IMG/VR virus record: IMGVR_UViG_3300043391_000302
Coordinates: 1-63,053 of that record
Direction: 5' to 3' (one strand)
Length of the DNA: 63,053 nt
DNA from: a virus
Lineage: Duplodnaviria > Caudoviricetes
Positions 21,319-31,353 of this stretch are shown piece after piece; position 1 is the stretch's first letter; every line of letters starts with the position of its first letter. The notes under the pieces were generated by a model. It was given only the letters and a program-made list of their open reading frames with translations. It made no database searches and had not been told where the DNA came from. Position numbers and translations under genes: made by a program.

Positions 21319-22082
21319 TGGCGCTTTACGATTTAATGGGAGAAGATCCTAAGAAACAATCTGAGAAAGTTATTATTAAAAAACTTCTCAATAAGAAAAT
21401 GTCTTTAGACAATAAGAGTGCTTTTGAAATGATACAAGGTGTTGCATCTAAGGCGGGCATCACTCCATCGTTTCTTGCAGCTAATGCATTACAGGAAGGG
21501 ATGAATCTTGCCATCAATGATGACAATAGCGAGAAGAGTGGAGCTTACTGGGAGCAGAATGTTGAGGAGGATATGTATCCTGTTGATGGGTTTCTTTACT
21601 ATGGCCTTGATAGGTTTGGTGAAGTTGCTGATAAGCTTAAGAAGAAAGGTTATATCCCTGAGAAGTTTGACTATCGTGAGTATGCATCTAAGAATGAGAA
21701 GAAGCAGGATATAAGAACGGCGGCATTTAAAAATAATGAGGATGCTTTATTTGCAAAGGCTGCAATGATACGTGACATTAAGGACAGCGTGAATGATTAT
21801 GCTAAGAGTAAAGGTATTAAGCTTGAGCAAAAGGGCATGGACTACTTTACAATGAGTGCATATAATGGTGGGATGGGTAACGCTAAGATCATGATGGATG
21901 AGCTTAAAAAGAGTGGGGTAAATCAAAACGAATTTATAGATAGGGGTATGACTAGCAGGCAGGGTGTTCACAAGAACATTGCTCCAAGGATGGAGAAGAT
22001 GGGGTGGATTGATAAGATGATGTATGGTCCTGTTGCGCCTTCAGACAAAATGGAATTTTCACTTTACAAATCAATGCAATGA
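21318..22082 (+). CDS. Lysozyme-fold / lytic transglycosylase-like virion protein
   Basis: Putative catalytic Glu in ANALQEG and SAYNGGMGN motif. Confidence 0.6.
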   Translation: MALYDLMGEDPKKQSEKVIIKKLLNKKMSLDNKSAFEMIQGVASKAGITPSFLAANALQEGMNLAINDDNSEKSGAYWEQNVEEDMYPVDGFLYYGLDRFGEVADKLKKKGYIPEKFDYREYASKNEKKQDIRTAAFKNNEDALFAKAAMIRDIKDSVNDYAKSKGIKLEQKGMDYFTMSAYNGGMGNAKIMMDELKKSGVNQNEFIDRGMTSRQGVHKNIAPRMEKMGWIDKMMYGPVAPSDKMEFSLYKSMQ

Positions 22083-22588
22083 TAGAAGAACCAATTAAAA
22101 GACCAGTAGGTGATGACGAATACTATGGTGCAAATGCAAAGCTTGCTTACTACAGGGACATTTTAAACAACGCTTTAAAAGGTAAAAATCCAAGAGGGTT
22201 TGATCAATTCATTACTACAGTTGGCGACATCAGAAGAAAGGATCCATCTAAGGCTGCAGAGGTAATAGAAGGCTACGATTTTAAAGATGCTCTTGCGCCT
22301 CAAGAATTAAAAGAAATTCTAGGTGGAGACTACGGTGACTACATTGATACAATTAAAACCATTAGAGATAGAGGCTTTGCAGACAGCAAGGCTAAGAAAC
22401 TTTATGGAGAAAAGGAAATGGATCAAGATGTAGAGTCACTTATGTATGGGAAAAGGTTTATGACAATGCCAATAGTTACTTCTATTTCTAGAACTACAAA
22501 AGGTGAAAATGGAATTTCAACTATTCAAGACATGTTCACATACGATCCGAAGATAAAGAAGGTAAATAAAATCACTGTAAAGAAATGA
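22079..22588 (+). CDS. Hypothetical protein
   Basis: 169 aa ORF coupled to the upstream gene. Confidence 0.65.
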   Translation: MIEEPIKRPVGDDEYYGANAKLAYYRDILNNALKGKNPRGFDQFITTVGDIRRKDPSKAAEVIEGYDFKDALAPQELKEILGGDYGDYIDTIKTIRDRGFADSKAKKLYGEKEMDQDVESLMYGKRFMTMPIVTSISRTTKGENGISTIQDMFTYDPKIKKVNKITVKK

Positions 22589-22701
22589 AAAAAGGAGAAT
22601 CATTTAAAGTAACCTTCGGCAAACGCCGTAAGGGTAAGGCAAAAAAAAGAAAGGGACCAAAGGATAAGACTGTTTCAAAATACAGAGGTCAAGGTATTTG
22701 A
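22585..22701 (+). CDS. Small highly basic peptide (38 aa, ends KYRGQG)
   Basis: Read by hand: MKKGESFKVTFGKRRKGKAKKRKGPKDKTVSKYRGQGI; ATGA overlap; too short for the ORF track. Confidence 0.65.
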   Translation: MKKGESFKVTFGKRRKGKAKKRKGPKDKTVSKYRGQGI

Positions 22702-22746
22702 TAACGATGTTATCAATCTTAATTCTACTCTATTCTAGGATTGCTT

Positions 22747-23076
22747 CTATATCATATATTCTTTAGCTAATCCTCTTTCAATTAGTTCATTATTGATTAA
22801 CCTCTTATCAACATAAATATCGACAAGAGGTCTTCCGTATTTATCCAGTTCTCTGCTGTGTATGACAACATTCTCTGGGAGGTTGTCAATAAGATATTGC
22901 TTGGCTTCTAAAGCCTTAATCTTTTCCTCTGGATCTTTGGAGTTCAGCTCGGGAGTATTAATGCCATACAGCCTACAGTTAGACTTCCAGTGTACAGTAA
23001 AACCTAGGTCTATATCTAACCTAACTGTATCACCATCAATGACTTTTTCTACCCTTGAATTGTAATAGTATTTCAT
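22747..23076 (-). CDS. Thermonuclease (SNase) family nuclease
   Basis: VIDGDT, RLYGINTPE, DKYGR and NNELIERGLA motifs. Confidence 0.9.
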   Translation of the reverse strand: MKYYYNSRVEKVIDGDTVRLDIDLGFTVHWKSNCRLYGINTPELNSKDPEEKIKALEAKQYLIDNLPENVVIHSRELDKYGRPLVDIYVDKRLINNELIERGLAKEYMI

Positions 23077-23108
23077 ATGTTGTTTTTAATTTTATCAAAA
23101 TTTATCCT

Positions 23109-23264
23109 ATGAAAGAGATGATGGAAAACGTCAAGACCAGCCTATTCGGAGCTGTTGCTGGCTTGCCTGTAATCTGGGAAGGTGCTATGGCACAAGACTG
23201 GAAGATGGTCCTAGCTGGTATCGGAATGCTTTTGATTGGCCTTTTTGCTAAAGATGCAAAGTAA
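23109..23264 (+). CDS. Small two-TM protein, holin candidate
   Basis: KTSLFG...GLFAKD pattern with two hydrophobic segments. Confidence 0.55.
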   Translation: MKEMMENVKTSLFGAVAGLPVIWEGAMAQDWKMVLAGIGMLLIGLFAKDAK

Positions 23265-23283
23265 GAGGGGCTAGTCCCCTTTT
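23264..23283. terminator. Hairpin between convergent genes
   Basis: AGGGG-CTAGT-CCCCT followed by T-tract. Confidence 0.45.
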
Positions 23284-23942
23284 ATTTCTATTATGTTTCC
23301 ATTGGATGTGATGTTATATTTCCCATCCTCTACGCAGGAAGCATTTGAGAATACTGTTCTACACTTATCATACAGAGATATCCCCTGATTCTTTATTCCC
23401 TTCATGTTATGCACATGCCCAAACAGGTGTGCGTTGGGCTGATTGTTAAATACCCACTTGGCTAGGGACAGGTCTCCGCATTGTACTAGTCCATCGTTTT
23501 CAGTTAGGTCTCTTACCCCTTTGGGTGGACCGTGTGTGATTAAAACATTAATATCATCAGGCATGGTTTCCCATACTTTATAGATTTTGTCTCTTGCCTT
23601 CATGAATGACCAGTCTCCGAATGTTGGGGTGTAAGGAGATCCGAAGAACTTAACTCCTTTGATAATAACCTCATCATGTTCTAGATAGATTATCCCCCGA
23701 GCTGCGAAGTCTTCCTTCTTAAACATCCTCCTCTCTATTGATGTATCATGATTGCCTGCCACGAATATCTTTATTGCAGGCAGCGTCATGTACCATTCCA
23801 GAAAGTTATAAACCTCTAGTTGATTTCTAGCTGCGTCTCTATAGTTAGAGCAATCACCAGAGTGTACAATAACATCGACATTTAGATTTAGTTTCAGGTC
23901 ATGGTGTAATCCATGGGTATCTGATAAGTGAAGTATCCTCAT
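23271..23942 (-). CDS. Calcineurin-like metallophosphoesterase
   Basis: SDTH, HSGD, GNHD, THGPP and GHVH motifs. Confidence 0.92.
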   Translation of the reverse strand: MRILHLSDTHGLHHDLKLNLNVDVIVHSGDCSNYRDAARNQLEVYNFLEWYMTLPAIKIFVAGNHDTSIERRMFKKEDFAARGIIYLEHDEVIIKGVKFFGSPYTPTFGDWSFMKARDKIYKVWETMPDDINVLITHGPPKGVRDLTENDGLVQCGDLSLAKWVFNNQPNAHLFGHVHNMKGIKNQGISLYDKCRTVFSNASCVEDGKYNITSNGNIIEIKGD

Positions 23943-24238
23943 AAACTGTTAATGAATTTTTCAAGACTTTCTTTTTCCTTCTTACCCATGTGCGTTGCGC
24001 ATCTAAGCAGTTCATCATAGAATAAGTGGTCATCCTCACGAGCTGACTTCCTTTTGTCCGCTGGTATCTTAAGTTCAATGGCTGTCTTCAACCACCTCAA
24101 CTTAGTAACCATTGGCGCCATAGGTTCTCTTAGATTTGTTTTAAGAAGATCCTCTGCATAGAGTAAACCATTACATATACTAGCGTACAACAACTCAAAT
24201 GATTCCTTCTGCGATTCAGTCAAAACGATAGTGCTCAT
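23939..24238 (-). CDS. Hypothetical protein
   Basis: ATG at 24238 (MSTIVL...), coupled to neighbours. Confidence 0.6.
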   Translation of the reverse strand: MSTIVLTESQKESFELLYASICNGLLYAEDLLKTNLREPMAPMVTKLRWLKTAIELKIPADKRKSAREDDHLFYDELLRCATHMGKKEKESLEKFINSL

Positions 24239-24485
24239 ATTCGTAAATATAAATAGGGGTTCTCTCTCCAACATAAGCTCCTAGTACATTAAAGTCAAGG
24301 TGCTCCATTGCGTCTTCTGCTGTCATTCCTTCTAGTACAAGTGCTTCCATCATAAGTCCATGGCTGTAAACAACACGGTTGGTTACAACATCAACTCCGA
24401 TAATGGCGGAATCAAATCCATCTGCAAATAATAATTCTTCATCGCCAGTTAATTCAACTAGCGTTTCTCGGATCTTTGGTAACAT
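24216..24485 (-). CDS. Conserved phage hypothetical protein
   Basis: DGFDSAIIG...VVYS...FNVLGAYVGERTP pattern common in phages. Confidence 0.7.
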   Translation of the reverse strand: MLPKIRETLVELTGDEELLFADGFDSAIIGVDVVTNRVVYSHGLMMEALVLEGMTAEDAMEHLDFNVLGAYVGERTPIYIYEYEHYRFD

Positions 24486-24702
24486 CTTTTAATTTGTTTA
24501 ATATTTGTCCAATTACAATTCCTATCTGTAGGTTATCTCCTGACTCTACAGCTCTTTCTAAAGCCGTATATATTTCTTTTATGTCTGCTTTCTTATAAGC
24601 AACAGCCTCGAAAAATTCTCTTCCTGTTAATTGAAAGGTTGTGCTGACAAGCTCATCAGGGAAATATATCATGTAGGTTTCTTTGCTGTCTACCTGTATC
24701 AT
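24454..24702 (-). CDS. Hypothetical protein
   Basis: Overlapping ORF in the operon. Confidence 0.6.
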   Translation of the reverse strand: MIQVDSKETYMIYFPDELVSTTFQLTGREFFEAVAYKKADIKEIYTALERAVESGDNLQIGIVIGQILNKLKDVTKDPRNAS

Positions 24703-25298
24703 TGAATCTGATTTAAAAAGTCTTTTACTTTAGTTCTTAGATTTTCAAGATCGCCATCATTGTTAATGACATAATCAAAGTCAAAACCATCAATAGCTGT
24801 CTCAGAGATGTGGTTATTAACAGGACCATTGTCTGGGCGATTTACCCTAACTACAATTCCACCTCTGTCTTTAATGGCAAATACTTCGTTATGAAATCTA
24901 CAGTCTGTTATGATCCACTTGTCTTCTCTGTAGTCAGCCATCAAGGCATTAACCCAAGCATTCTCGTGAAGACCATTACGTATAGCTTCTGTACCTAGCT
25001 TTTGAAGTAGCTCCCGAGCTGTCATGCTCCTGAGTCTAGGATCAACATTGAACGTAGGCTCCGTGAGAGTTCCTCCTGCAATGGTCTTATAATCCCACAC
25101 AAACCAGTCATCACATAACGGAGTGTTCTTAAACACCTGATCTTCGAACTTGTCAGGGTGAACTCCTGTGAGGATAGAGGCAACCTGCTTGAGCTTGTTT
25201 GAGAACTTTTTAACCTGCCATGTTGAATCTATTTCCATGATCATCTTAGCAATCTCATCCTTACCAGATTTTGCGTAACCGTTCAGGCCTATAATCAT
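24699..25298 (-). CDS. Deoxynucleoside monophosphate kinase
   Basis: GYAKSGKD P-loop, RELLQKLGTE, ITDCRFHNE and HISE motifs. Confidence 0.9.
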   Translation of the reverse strand: MIIGLNGYAKSGKDEIAKMIMEIDSTWQVKKFSNKLKQVASILTGVHPDKFEDQVFKNTPLCDDWFVWDYKTIAGGTLTEPTFNVDPRLRSMTARELLQKLGTEAIRNGLHENAWVNALMADYREDKWIITDCRFHNEVFAIKDRGGIVVRVNRPDNGPVNNHISETAIDGFDFDYVINNDGDLENLRTKVKDFLNQIQ

Positions 25299-25549
25299 AT
25301 CTCTGCAATTTTTTTAATCAACTTCATACGTCCCTCGCACCTCGATAACAATAGTGCAAGTAGTGCTTCTTCTTCATTATAGTCTAATGCTAATTCTTCA
25401 TCACCTAGTTGAATAAAAACACCTGATCCGTTATCTTCTATACTGATAACCTCGTCACCTTTGATATTTGTTACTGTATTAAATTCTATATTAAACTCGT
25501 GGTGAATTGCTTCTTCACCTATTAAATGCGAAACATGTACTTGGATCAT
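25295..25549 (-). CDS. Hypothetical protein
   Basis: 84 aa ORF with ATGA overlap. Confidence 0.6.
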   Translation of the reverse strand: MIQVHVSHLIGEEAIHHEFNIEFNTVTNIKGDEVISIEDNGSGVFIQLGDEELALDYNEEEALLALLLSRCEGRMKLIKKIAEI

Positions 25550-25609
25550 AGTATTGGTTTTAAAAAAGGAGGACGCCCGTGCACCTGCAGCGAGACGCCC
25601 CCCACTAGG

Positions 25610-25816
25610 TTAGAATGGTAGATCTTCTGCCTTCTCTTTAGGCTTATAGTTATCTTCCTGAAGACGATAGTCTGGAGATTTCTCACCTTCTTTTTTGAAT
25701 GAGTTTGGCCATGCGCTGTAACGCTTATCGCCAATGGTGATCGATAAGATTTCTACTTCTCCGTTCTTGGTGGTCACGGTCTTCTTCCAAGCCGCACCTG
25801 CTGATTGATTGTTCAT
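25610..25816 (-). CDS. Small ssDNA-binding-like protein (DUF736-like)
   Basis: GAAW...KSPDY motif and acidic DLPF C-terminus. Confidence 0.6.
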   Translation of the reverse strand: MNNQSAGAAWKKTVTTKNGEVEILSITIGDKRYSAWPNSFKKEGEKSPDYRLQEDNYKPKEKAEDLPF

Positions 25817-25956
25817 ATTGCTAAATTTAAAGTGATGAAATATTTGAATAGATATCCCCCGATCTCAATTTTTCTTATGGCGGGATCATAGATGAATGTG
25901 ATCGTAGGTAATATAAATACTACCTCGTTTGTTCCTGTTTCGATTGTTAGCTTCAT
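25813..25956 (-). CDS. Hypothetical protein (47 aa)
   Basis: Read by hand: MKLTIETGTNEVVFILP...; ATGA overlaps on both sides. Confidence 0.55.
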   Translation of the reverse strand: MKLTIETGTNEVVFILPTITFIYDPAIRKIEIGGYLFKYFITLNLAI

Positions 25957-26294
25957 TGGTTTATTATTTTATTTGTGATTAACATTTCAAGTAATTCTCT
26001 GAAGTCTTCGATGGTCATGGCGACTATTGTTCCCTTCCTATTTTTTTTATGAAAGACTAAATTGTAATTAGAATCATTAGGCATCTTGGCGAGGACATCA
26101 TGAAGACTACCGAGCTTCTCAACAGCCTTAGCTTGCACTGAGAATGGATCCGTAAAACAAAGGTCAATACCTTGATCATCTTTATTCTTACTCTCAGATC
26201 GGGAGCTTACTGCTTTTGTCCATCCTAATTCTCTGAACCAGTCCCTGATTTGAAGTTCATAACTGTGTCCTTTCTTCCTTGGGTTAATCGCCAT
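25953..26294 (-). CDS. PD-(D/E)xK nuclease, Holliday junction resolvase-like
   Basis: RKKGHSYE N-terminus, GIDL...VQAK motif. Confidence 0.75.
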   Translation of the reverse strand: MAINPRKKGHSYELQIRDWFRELGWTKAVSSRSESKNKDDQGIDLCFTDPFSVQAKAVEKLGSLHDVLAKMPNDSNYNLVFHKKNRKGTIVAMTIEDFRELLEMLITNKIINQ

Positions 26295-26500
26295 ATCCTG
26301 CCTGTTTTAAATAATTCTTCTATAGTTGACCAGTTGACCGAATGACTGAATATAGTTGGGTGAAACTCGTTAGGCTTCCACACCTGCTGCATATAGTACT
26401 TATTACCGGGTTCTATTTCTTCTAGCTTAGTTGGTTGCAATAATCCTTCTCCCTTAACATCTACTACGTATTCGCATACTTGTCCTCCACTGTTAGTCAT
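26225..26500 (-). CDS. Hypothetical protein
   Basis: ATG at 26500 downstream of the primase-helicase. Confidence 0.5.
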   Translation of the reverse strand: MTNSGGQVCEYVVDVKGEGLLQPTKLEEIEPGNKYYMQQVWKPNEFHPTIFSHSVNWSTIEELFKTGRIWRLTQGRKDTVMNFKSGTGSEN

Positions 26501-26513
26501 CCTCCAGTTCTCT

Positions 26514-28229
26514 TTAAAAAGGATCTGCAAGTGCTGCAAACCCTTGGACGTATGGTTGACCGATGAACTTCGTTTTGTCTGTGCCATTGTTAATCTTTTC
26601 TGCAGGAGAGTACCTGCTGTTATTCATGTTGAATGTGAAGAAGTTTACCCCGAGCTGTCCACTATATCTGAACCTTACCTTCCACCTGTGAACTTCTGTT
26701 TGTTTCGTTTCCATATTCCTGTAAACCGTAAGACCATTATCAGGAAGGTTGAACCAATGAGAGCTGTCTCCAACATCATATCCGTTTGGAACTTTATATA
26801 CACCATTCTTTAATTCTGTCATCTTCTTTGGGTGAGCCACGAGGAACACATGCACATCATAATTTCTAGCAAACCTTGAAACATCATTCATCATGTTCTT
26901 GATCTGATGGTGGCGGGTATCTGTCTGGTTACTCATGCTCTTCTCAACCGTACTCATGTTGTCAATAACCATGATGTTAATACCAAACCTTTTAACCATC
27001 CACTTCGCCTTATCCAAAATGCCCTCAATAGTTAGGTCATTGTCATGCAACTTGTAGTACTTGAAGTGCTCGTTCATGAAGGGGATGTGATGGTTGATCT
27101 CATCTCTTGTTATTCGTTCATTATATACCGATTTGAAGAAGCTTTTCCCAGACGCTATCTGTATCATGTCCGATAAAGCAAATGCAGTGTTGGCTTCCTC
27201 AGCGCTGTATACAAAAGATTTTAATCCATGCTTATCCGCCAGCTGATAGATGACGTTCTTGATGAAGGTAGACTTACCATGTCCCGGTATACCTGTGACC
27301 AGTGTAACCTGCCCGGGATGGAAGACAAGACCAACTCCGATGTCAGATCCTGTTGGTTCTCCTTCATCATAGAGGGATAGGATGTCATCCTTTACAGCAA
27401 TTGCATCTTCAATACCATCTACAGGGAAAGGGGTGGCGGAGTTATAGCAATTCAATAAAGCATCTTTACCTAAAGTGACTAGGGTTTCATTGGCGTCCTT
27501 GCATTCGAATGATACTAGGTAGCAATTTTCTTTTCCTAGTCTTCTTGCTAATTCATTTCTAAGAGCGATGCCGGGTTCGTCATTGTCACAGGCTAGGTAA
27601 ACCTTTTTGTCTTCGAAGATGTAAAGAAAATCTTCCAACCATTCTAGCTTCTGAGAGCCCTTGCTTGCCCCATTAGGAACAGATACAACTGATTTAATCC
27701 CTGCTTCATAGAACGACATGCAATCAATCTCTCCCTCCGTAATAACAATATAATCGGAAGCATTATCAAGAGCGACGTCAATAGCGAAAGGACCAAGCCT
27801 AGCGCCACTAACAAGCTTAAAGTTCTTGTCACGATCTCTAAACTTAATGTTGAAAACTTCGTCATTTTGAATGTAGTTAAAGTGGATAGTTCTGGTTTCT
27901 GAATTAACCTGAGGCATATAGTCTATGCCTTCGGATACCTTATACCTAAGTAGAGTTTGATTAGAAATCCCCCGAGCTGCAAACCAATCAATAACTTGTG
28001 ACGAAAGGTTCTTTAACTCAGATGGTGGTTTTACATATTCAACTCTGTTCTTTACCGTTCCTGACCATCCACAGTTGTGGCAATTCCACATGCCTTCAGT
28101 TGTGTTGACAGATAGACAAGGATCGGATTTGTGTTTTCTAGATTGAGAGCATTTAGGACAGACGACCTTTACATCACCACGTTGTCCCTCTCTAACATTA
28201 ATTCCCAAGGAGCGTAGTTGCTGTATCAT
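26514..28229 (-). CDS. DNA primase-helicase (T7 gp4/Twinkle-like)
   Basis: Zn finger CPKC...CHNC, TOPRIM EGEID and DND.PG, Walker A GIPGHGKS, LVAHP motif. Confidence 0.93.
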   Translation of the reverse strand: MIQQLRSLGINVREGQRGDVKVVCPKCSQSRKHKSDPCLSVNTTEGMWNCHNCGWSGTVKNRVEYVKPPSELKNLSSQVIDWFAARGISNQTLLRYKVSEGIDYMPQVNSETRTIHFNYIQNDEVFNIKFRDRDKNFKLVSGARLGPFAIDVALDNASDYIVITEGEIDCMSFYEAGIKSVVSVPNGASKGSQKLEWLEDFLYIFEDKKVYLACDNDEPGIALRNELARRLGKENCYLVSFECKDANETLVTLGKDALLNCYNSATPFPVDGIEDAIAVKDDILSLYDEGEPTGSDIGVGLVFHPGQVTLVTGIPGHGKSTFIKNVIYQLADKHGLKSFVYSAEEANTAFALSDMIQIASGKSFFKSVYNERITRDEINHHIPFMNEHFKYYKLHDNDLTIEGILDKAKWMVKRFGINIMVIDNMSTVEKSMSNQTDTRHHQIKNMMNDVSRFARNYDVHVFLVAHPKKMTELKNGVYKVPNGYDVGDSSHWFNLPDNGLTVYRNMETKQTEVHRWKVRFRYSGQLGVNFFTFNMNNSRYSPAEKINNGTDKTKFIGQPYVQGFAALADPF

Positions 28230-28782
28230 GCTTTTGTTTATTTATCCAGTAATGGTTAGCATCGTCTAAGTACTTCAAGAACTTCCCAGAGAATAGGGTA
28301 GATGGTCGGTTGTATTCCTTCATCTTATCGTCACTTCCCCAAGTCTCATGCTTGTGGACGATCACACTCTTGAAGTGATTAAGCGTAAGCTTGTTGTTGT
28401 TTTTGATAATCTTCTTTACAAGATCTATGTTAGAGTGAAGATGGTACTTGGTCCCGTTCACCTCATTAAAGAATGCAATCACATCCTTTGCTATCGATTC
28501 GCTTGGAGTTTCTACACTGACTTGCTCTCCTGATAAAGACAGATACCATTTATTGGTAGGGTAGTAGTATCCGTTCTCTAGTTTCTCAAGCAATCCCATC
28601 TCGATGAGTTGAGTCATTGTCTGCTTTATGCTTTGTGTGTTTACGCCAAGTGTTTCAGATAGAAAAGAAACCCCAGTACCAATCATAAGTGGGCGAAGCT
28701 GTGAACAGGCATCGCATAGCATGTACGCTAGCGGTGTTAAGTTCAACCTCGCTCTTACCGAATGATCGATTACTGAAATCAT
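28198..28782 (-). CDS. Replication initiator-like protein (wHTH + conserved phage C-terminal domain)
   Basis: N-terminal wHTH; W..D.KM.EY.RPSTLF..KF..YL (Phg_2220_C-like). Confidence 0.75.
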   Translation of the reverse strand: MISVIDHSVRARLNLTPLAYMLCDACSQLRPLMIGTGVSFLSETLGVNTQSIKQTMTQLIEMGLLEKLENGYYYPTNKWYLSLSGEQVSVETPSESIAKDVIAFFNEVNGTKYHLHSNIDLVKKIIKNNNKLTLNHFKSVIVHKHETWGSDDKMKEYNRPSTLFSGKFLKYLDDANHYWINKQKHDTATTLLGN

Positions 28783-29168
28783 ATGTTGATGTATTCTTCA
28801 ATTTTCAAGTATGGGTTTCTTCTTGTTGTTGTCCTGATCGAATTGAGACACAAGCCTACCTTAACATAAAACTTAGTTACAGCATCATCATAAGTCTTAA
28901 GTGTGCTAAGGCTTTCTCTCTTCTTGCCGATCTTATAGTATTCTCGGAACTGCATGAGCTTATGCCTGTATGAATCATAACCACAATCAATGTAGTTCAT
29001 CACATCAGTCGCATTAAACCCATACATATCCGCCAATCCAACGAAGATGGTTCTAGCCAAGTCCTTGTTGCCTTCGTAGTCTTCCTTTACCTGCATTGGC
29101 TTAAGTCCTTCTCTATCCCAAATAAAGTTGGGCTTCATTACTTCTTCTATCTCTCTCAGTTTTATCAT
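28779..29168 (-). CDS. Hypothetical protein (possible HTH)
   Basis: ATG at 29168; coupled ORF. Confidence 0.55.
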   Translation of the reverse strand: MIKLREIEEVMKPNFIWDREGLKPMQVKEDYEGNKDLARTIFVGLADMYGFNATDVMNYIDCGYDSYRHKLMQFREYYKIGKKRESLSTLKTYDDAVTKFYVKVGLCLNSIRTTTRRNPYLKIEEYINI

Positions 29169-29311
29169 AGCGTTTCCATTTCTGTTGTTACCCAATCTTG
29201 TAGTGTTAATAACACTTCTAGTTTTCTTTCATTAGTAAGTGTGAAGTATTCAGAATAAATCTTGAATACCTGAAATCTTAGTTCACCATTCTCGTCTACG
29301 TAGTAGTTCAT
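29165..29311 (-). CDS. Hypothetical protein (48 aa)
   Basis: Read by hand: MNYYVDENGELRFQVFK...; ATGA overlaps on both sides. Confidence 0.55.
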   Translation of the reverse strand: MNYYVDENGELRFQVFKIYSEYFTLTNERKLEVLLTLQDWVTTEMETL

Positions 29312-30294
29312 ATTCTAATACTGAATTGTTTTCTCCATGTGATCTTACCATTCGGAAGGATCATTGTAGTGGCACCTTCCTTCTCCATTATCTGCTTCAG
29401 TCTGTTTTGGAATAGCTGCTTCTCTGATTCTAGAGATTTGATGTCAGCATTTAGTTTCTGGTATTCGAATGCCCATTGCTCATGTTCATCAGTTCCTTGG
29501 ATGGTAATCTCTTCCTCCCGAGCCTTGTGCTTTTCGGAAATGAATTGATTGAAGGCATCGCTGTTGTCAGCATCTGGTTCAAGGCTACTGGCAATCTGAA
29601 GCTGCTCATTAGGGTCTTGAGTCTTGGCGATCTCTTGTCTCGCCATCATTACACGATTGTTGAATTCCTCAGCAGCAACTAGTATCCTATTCTGTAGTTC
29701 CTCATCAGCATCGAACGTCACACAACCCAGTTCTCTGCCATCTCTGAGGTAGACAATCTCTGCATACTTCCATTCGGTTACTAGCATGTAGTGTTGCACC
29801 TGAATGAGGTAGCTCGGGGGAATGCCTGCCTCATAGGAATCAGCCGAGAACCCTGAGATAGTTTTTACTTCTAGGATTCCGGCCTTCTTCCCGTGTATTG
29901 GATGTTTGGTTATCTTTCCATCGATATTGGCAAAGAGCATTGGATATTTACGGTTTTCAATAATAGCTTTTACCTTCTTATAGGATTTGATCTTATTGTC
30001 TGTTAAGGTATTCTCAACCCATCCATCCTCAGTACCATCGTAATACTGCCAGCACTTTGCTACGTAATCTTCTAGCTGCTTACCATGAAGCATGATGTGG
30101 TTCATCTTGTTGGGAAGGGTAGATATTCCAATCGCCTGATAGAATAGGTTAATAGGACTTTTGTACTTGTTCAGTCCAAGCAGGGTTCCTGCATCTGATC
30201 CCCCGACCATACCCCTTGTCACGAAAGACTGGCGAAGGCTTTGCCATTCAGCCTCGCTTAGCTTGGCTGTAGGCGTTAGTTTTAGGTGCTTCAT
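29308..30294 (-). CDS. YqaJ-like (lambda-exonuclease family) recombination exonuclease
   Basis: VGGSDAG.LLGLNKYKSP, ANIDG, LEVKT and Y.IQVQHYM motifs. Confidence 0.9.
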   Translation of the reverse strand: MKHLKLTPTAKLSEAEWQSLRQSFVTRGMVGGSDAGTLLGLNKYKSPINLFYQAIGISTLPNKMNHIMLHGKQLEDYVAKCWQYYDGTEDGWVENTLTDNKIKSYKKVKAIIENRKYPMLFANIDGKITKHPIHGKKAGILEVKTISGFSADSYEAGIPPSYLIQVQHYMLVTEWKYAEIVYLRDGRELGCVTFDADEELQNRILVAAEEFNNRVMMARQEIAKTQDPNEQLQIASSLEPDADNSDAFNQFISEKHKAREEEITIQGTDEHEQWAFEYQKLNADIKSLESEKQLFQNRLKQIMEKEGATTMILPNGKITWRKQFSIRI

Positions 30295-31031
30295 TTCTTG
30301 GCTGATTTGGTTATGGCTTGCGCCTTAGATTGATTAATCATTGCTGTGAGTAGCTTCTTCTGGCTATCGTTAAGCTTGTACTTTTTAATCGCAGACTCTA
30401 CCTCCTTGATCTTTCCCTCGGTGATGAACTTTACCATAGCATCATACTTTTCTTGATTTAGGCTAGGTAATTCCGAAGATTTATCACTTTCATTATTACT
30501 ATAACTACTTGTATTAGTTTGATTTACAAATGTCTGCTTATCTACTGCTTTACTTGAGTTAATGTGTTTAGTCAAATCCCAGATTCTATTCCCATTACTA
30601 TCAACTACGTTCCCGTACTGATCACATGGGAGAGTAACCATTGACAGATCATATAAGAACCTTCCAATTCCCCACATCACCGCAGCCCTTTTAAAAGCAT
30701 CTGATGCTGCTGATTTCCCAGCCTGATCATACATCTGGTCTTGAGGATTATCCTCCACACGCTGACCGCAATCCCATCTGTAAATAGTTGTCAGGTAGCT
30801 GTCGGTTCCATCGTTCTGCATTACGTTGATTCCGATACCTGCGAATATGAACCCACCAATCTCTTTGTACTGAACCTCCCATCCGTATTCGCAACACTCA
30901 TCTAGCACACGCATCACGTCCCTTGCATCTATGTAGGCGCTGCACATAGCCTTTGTTTTGTCCTTGTTTCTTGACTGAACCCTCCACTGATAGGGGATGG
31001 GTTGCTTTAGCTTATCGATTATTTGTTTCAT
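30291..31031 (-). CDS. Rad52/Sak-like single-strand annealing protein
   Basis: WRVQ, AYIDARDVM..LD and K.AASDAFKRAAV.WGIGRFLY motifs. Confidence 0.88.
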   Translation of the reverse strand: MKQIIDKLKQPIPYQWRVQSRNKDKTKAMCSAYIDARDVMRVLDECCEYGWEVQYKEIGGFIFAGIGINVMQNDGTDSYLTTIYRWDCGQRVEDNPQDQMYDQAGKSAASDAFKRAAVMWGIGRFLYDLSMVTLPCDQYGNVVDSNGNRIWDLTKHINSSKAVDKQTFVNQTNTSSYSNNESDKSSELPSLNQEKYDAMVKFITEGKIKEVESAIKKYKLNDSQKKLLTAMINQSKAQAITKSAKK

Positions 31032-31299
31032 TTATAAAGTCATTTAAGAATTCGTACTCCTCGGATTTGAGGAAAATAGATTGCCAATCGTAGGTAAACT
31101 TGGTCTCGCCTTTTACTACGATAGCTTTGATGAAGTGACCAGAGCATAGCTGATTATGGTTAACAAGTAACCACCTGCGATATTTACTGAGCTGATATTC
31201 AACTCCTTCAAATACCAATAAATCATCTATATAGTTGTATTTTATCACTATAACAAAGTTCTTTAATATAAAATAGATAGTTAAAAAATTAAAAGACAT
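31012..31299 (-). CDS. Hypothetical protein (start uncertain)
   Basis: ORF heading the recombination operon. Confidence 0.45.
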   Translation of the reverse strand: MSFNFLTIYFILKNFVIVIKYNYIDDLLVFEGVEYQLSKYRRWLLVNHNQLCSGHFIKAIVVKGETKFTYDWQSIFLKSEEYEFLNDFINETNNR

Positions 31300-31353
31300 T
31301 TTTTGCTATGAGTTTTGCACATATATTTGTGCAACAAGACAACAACAATCAAG

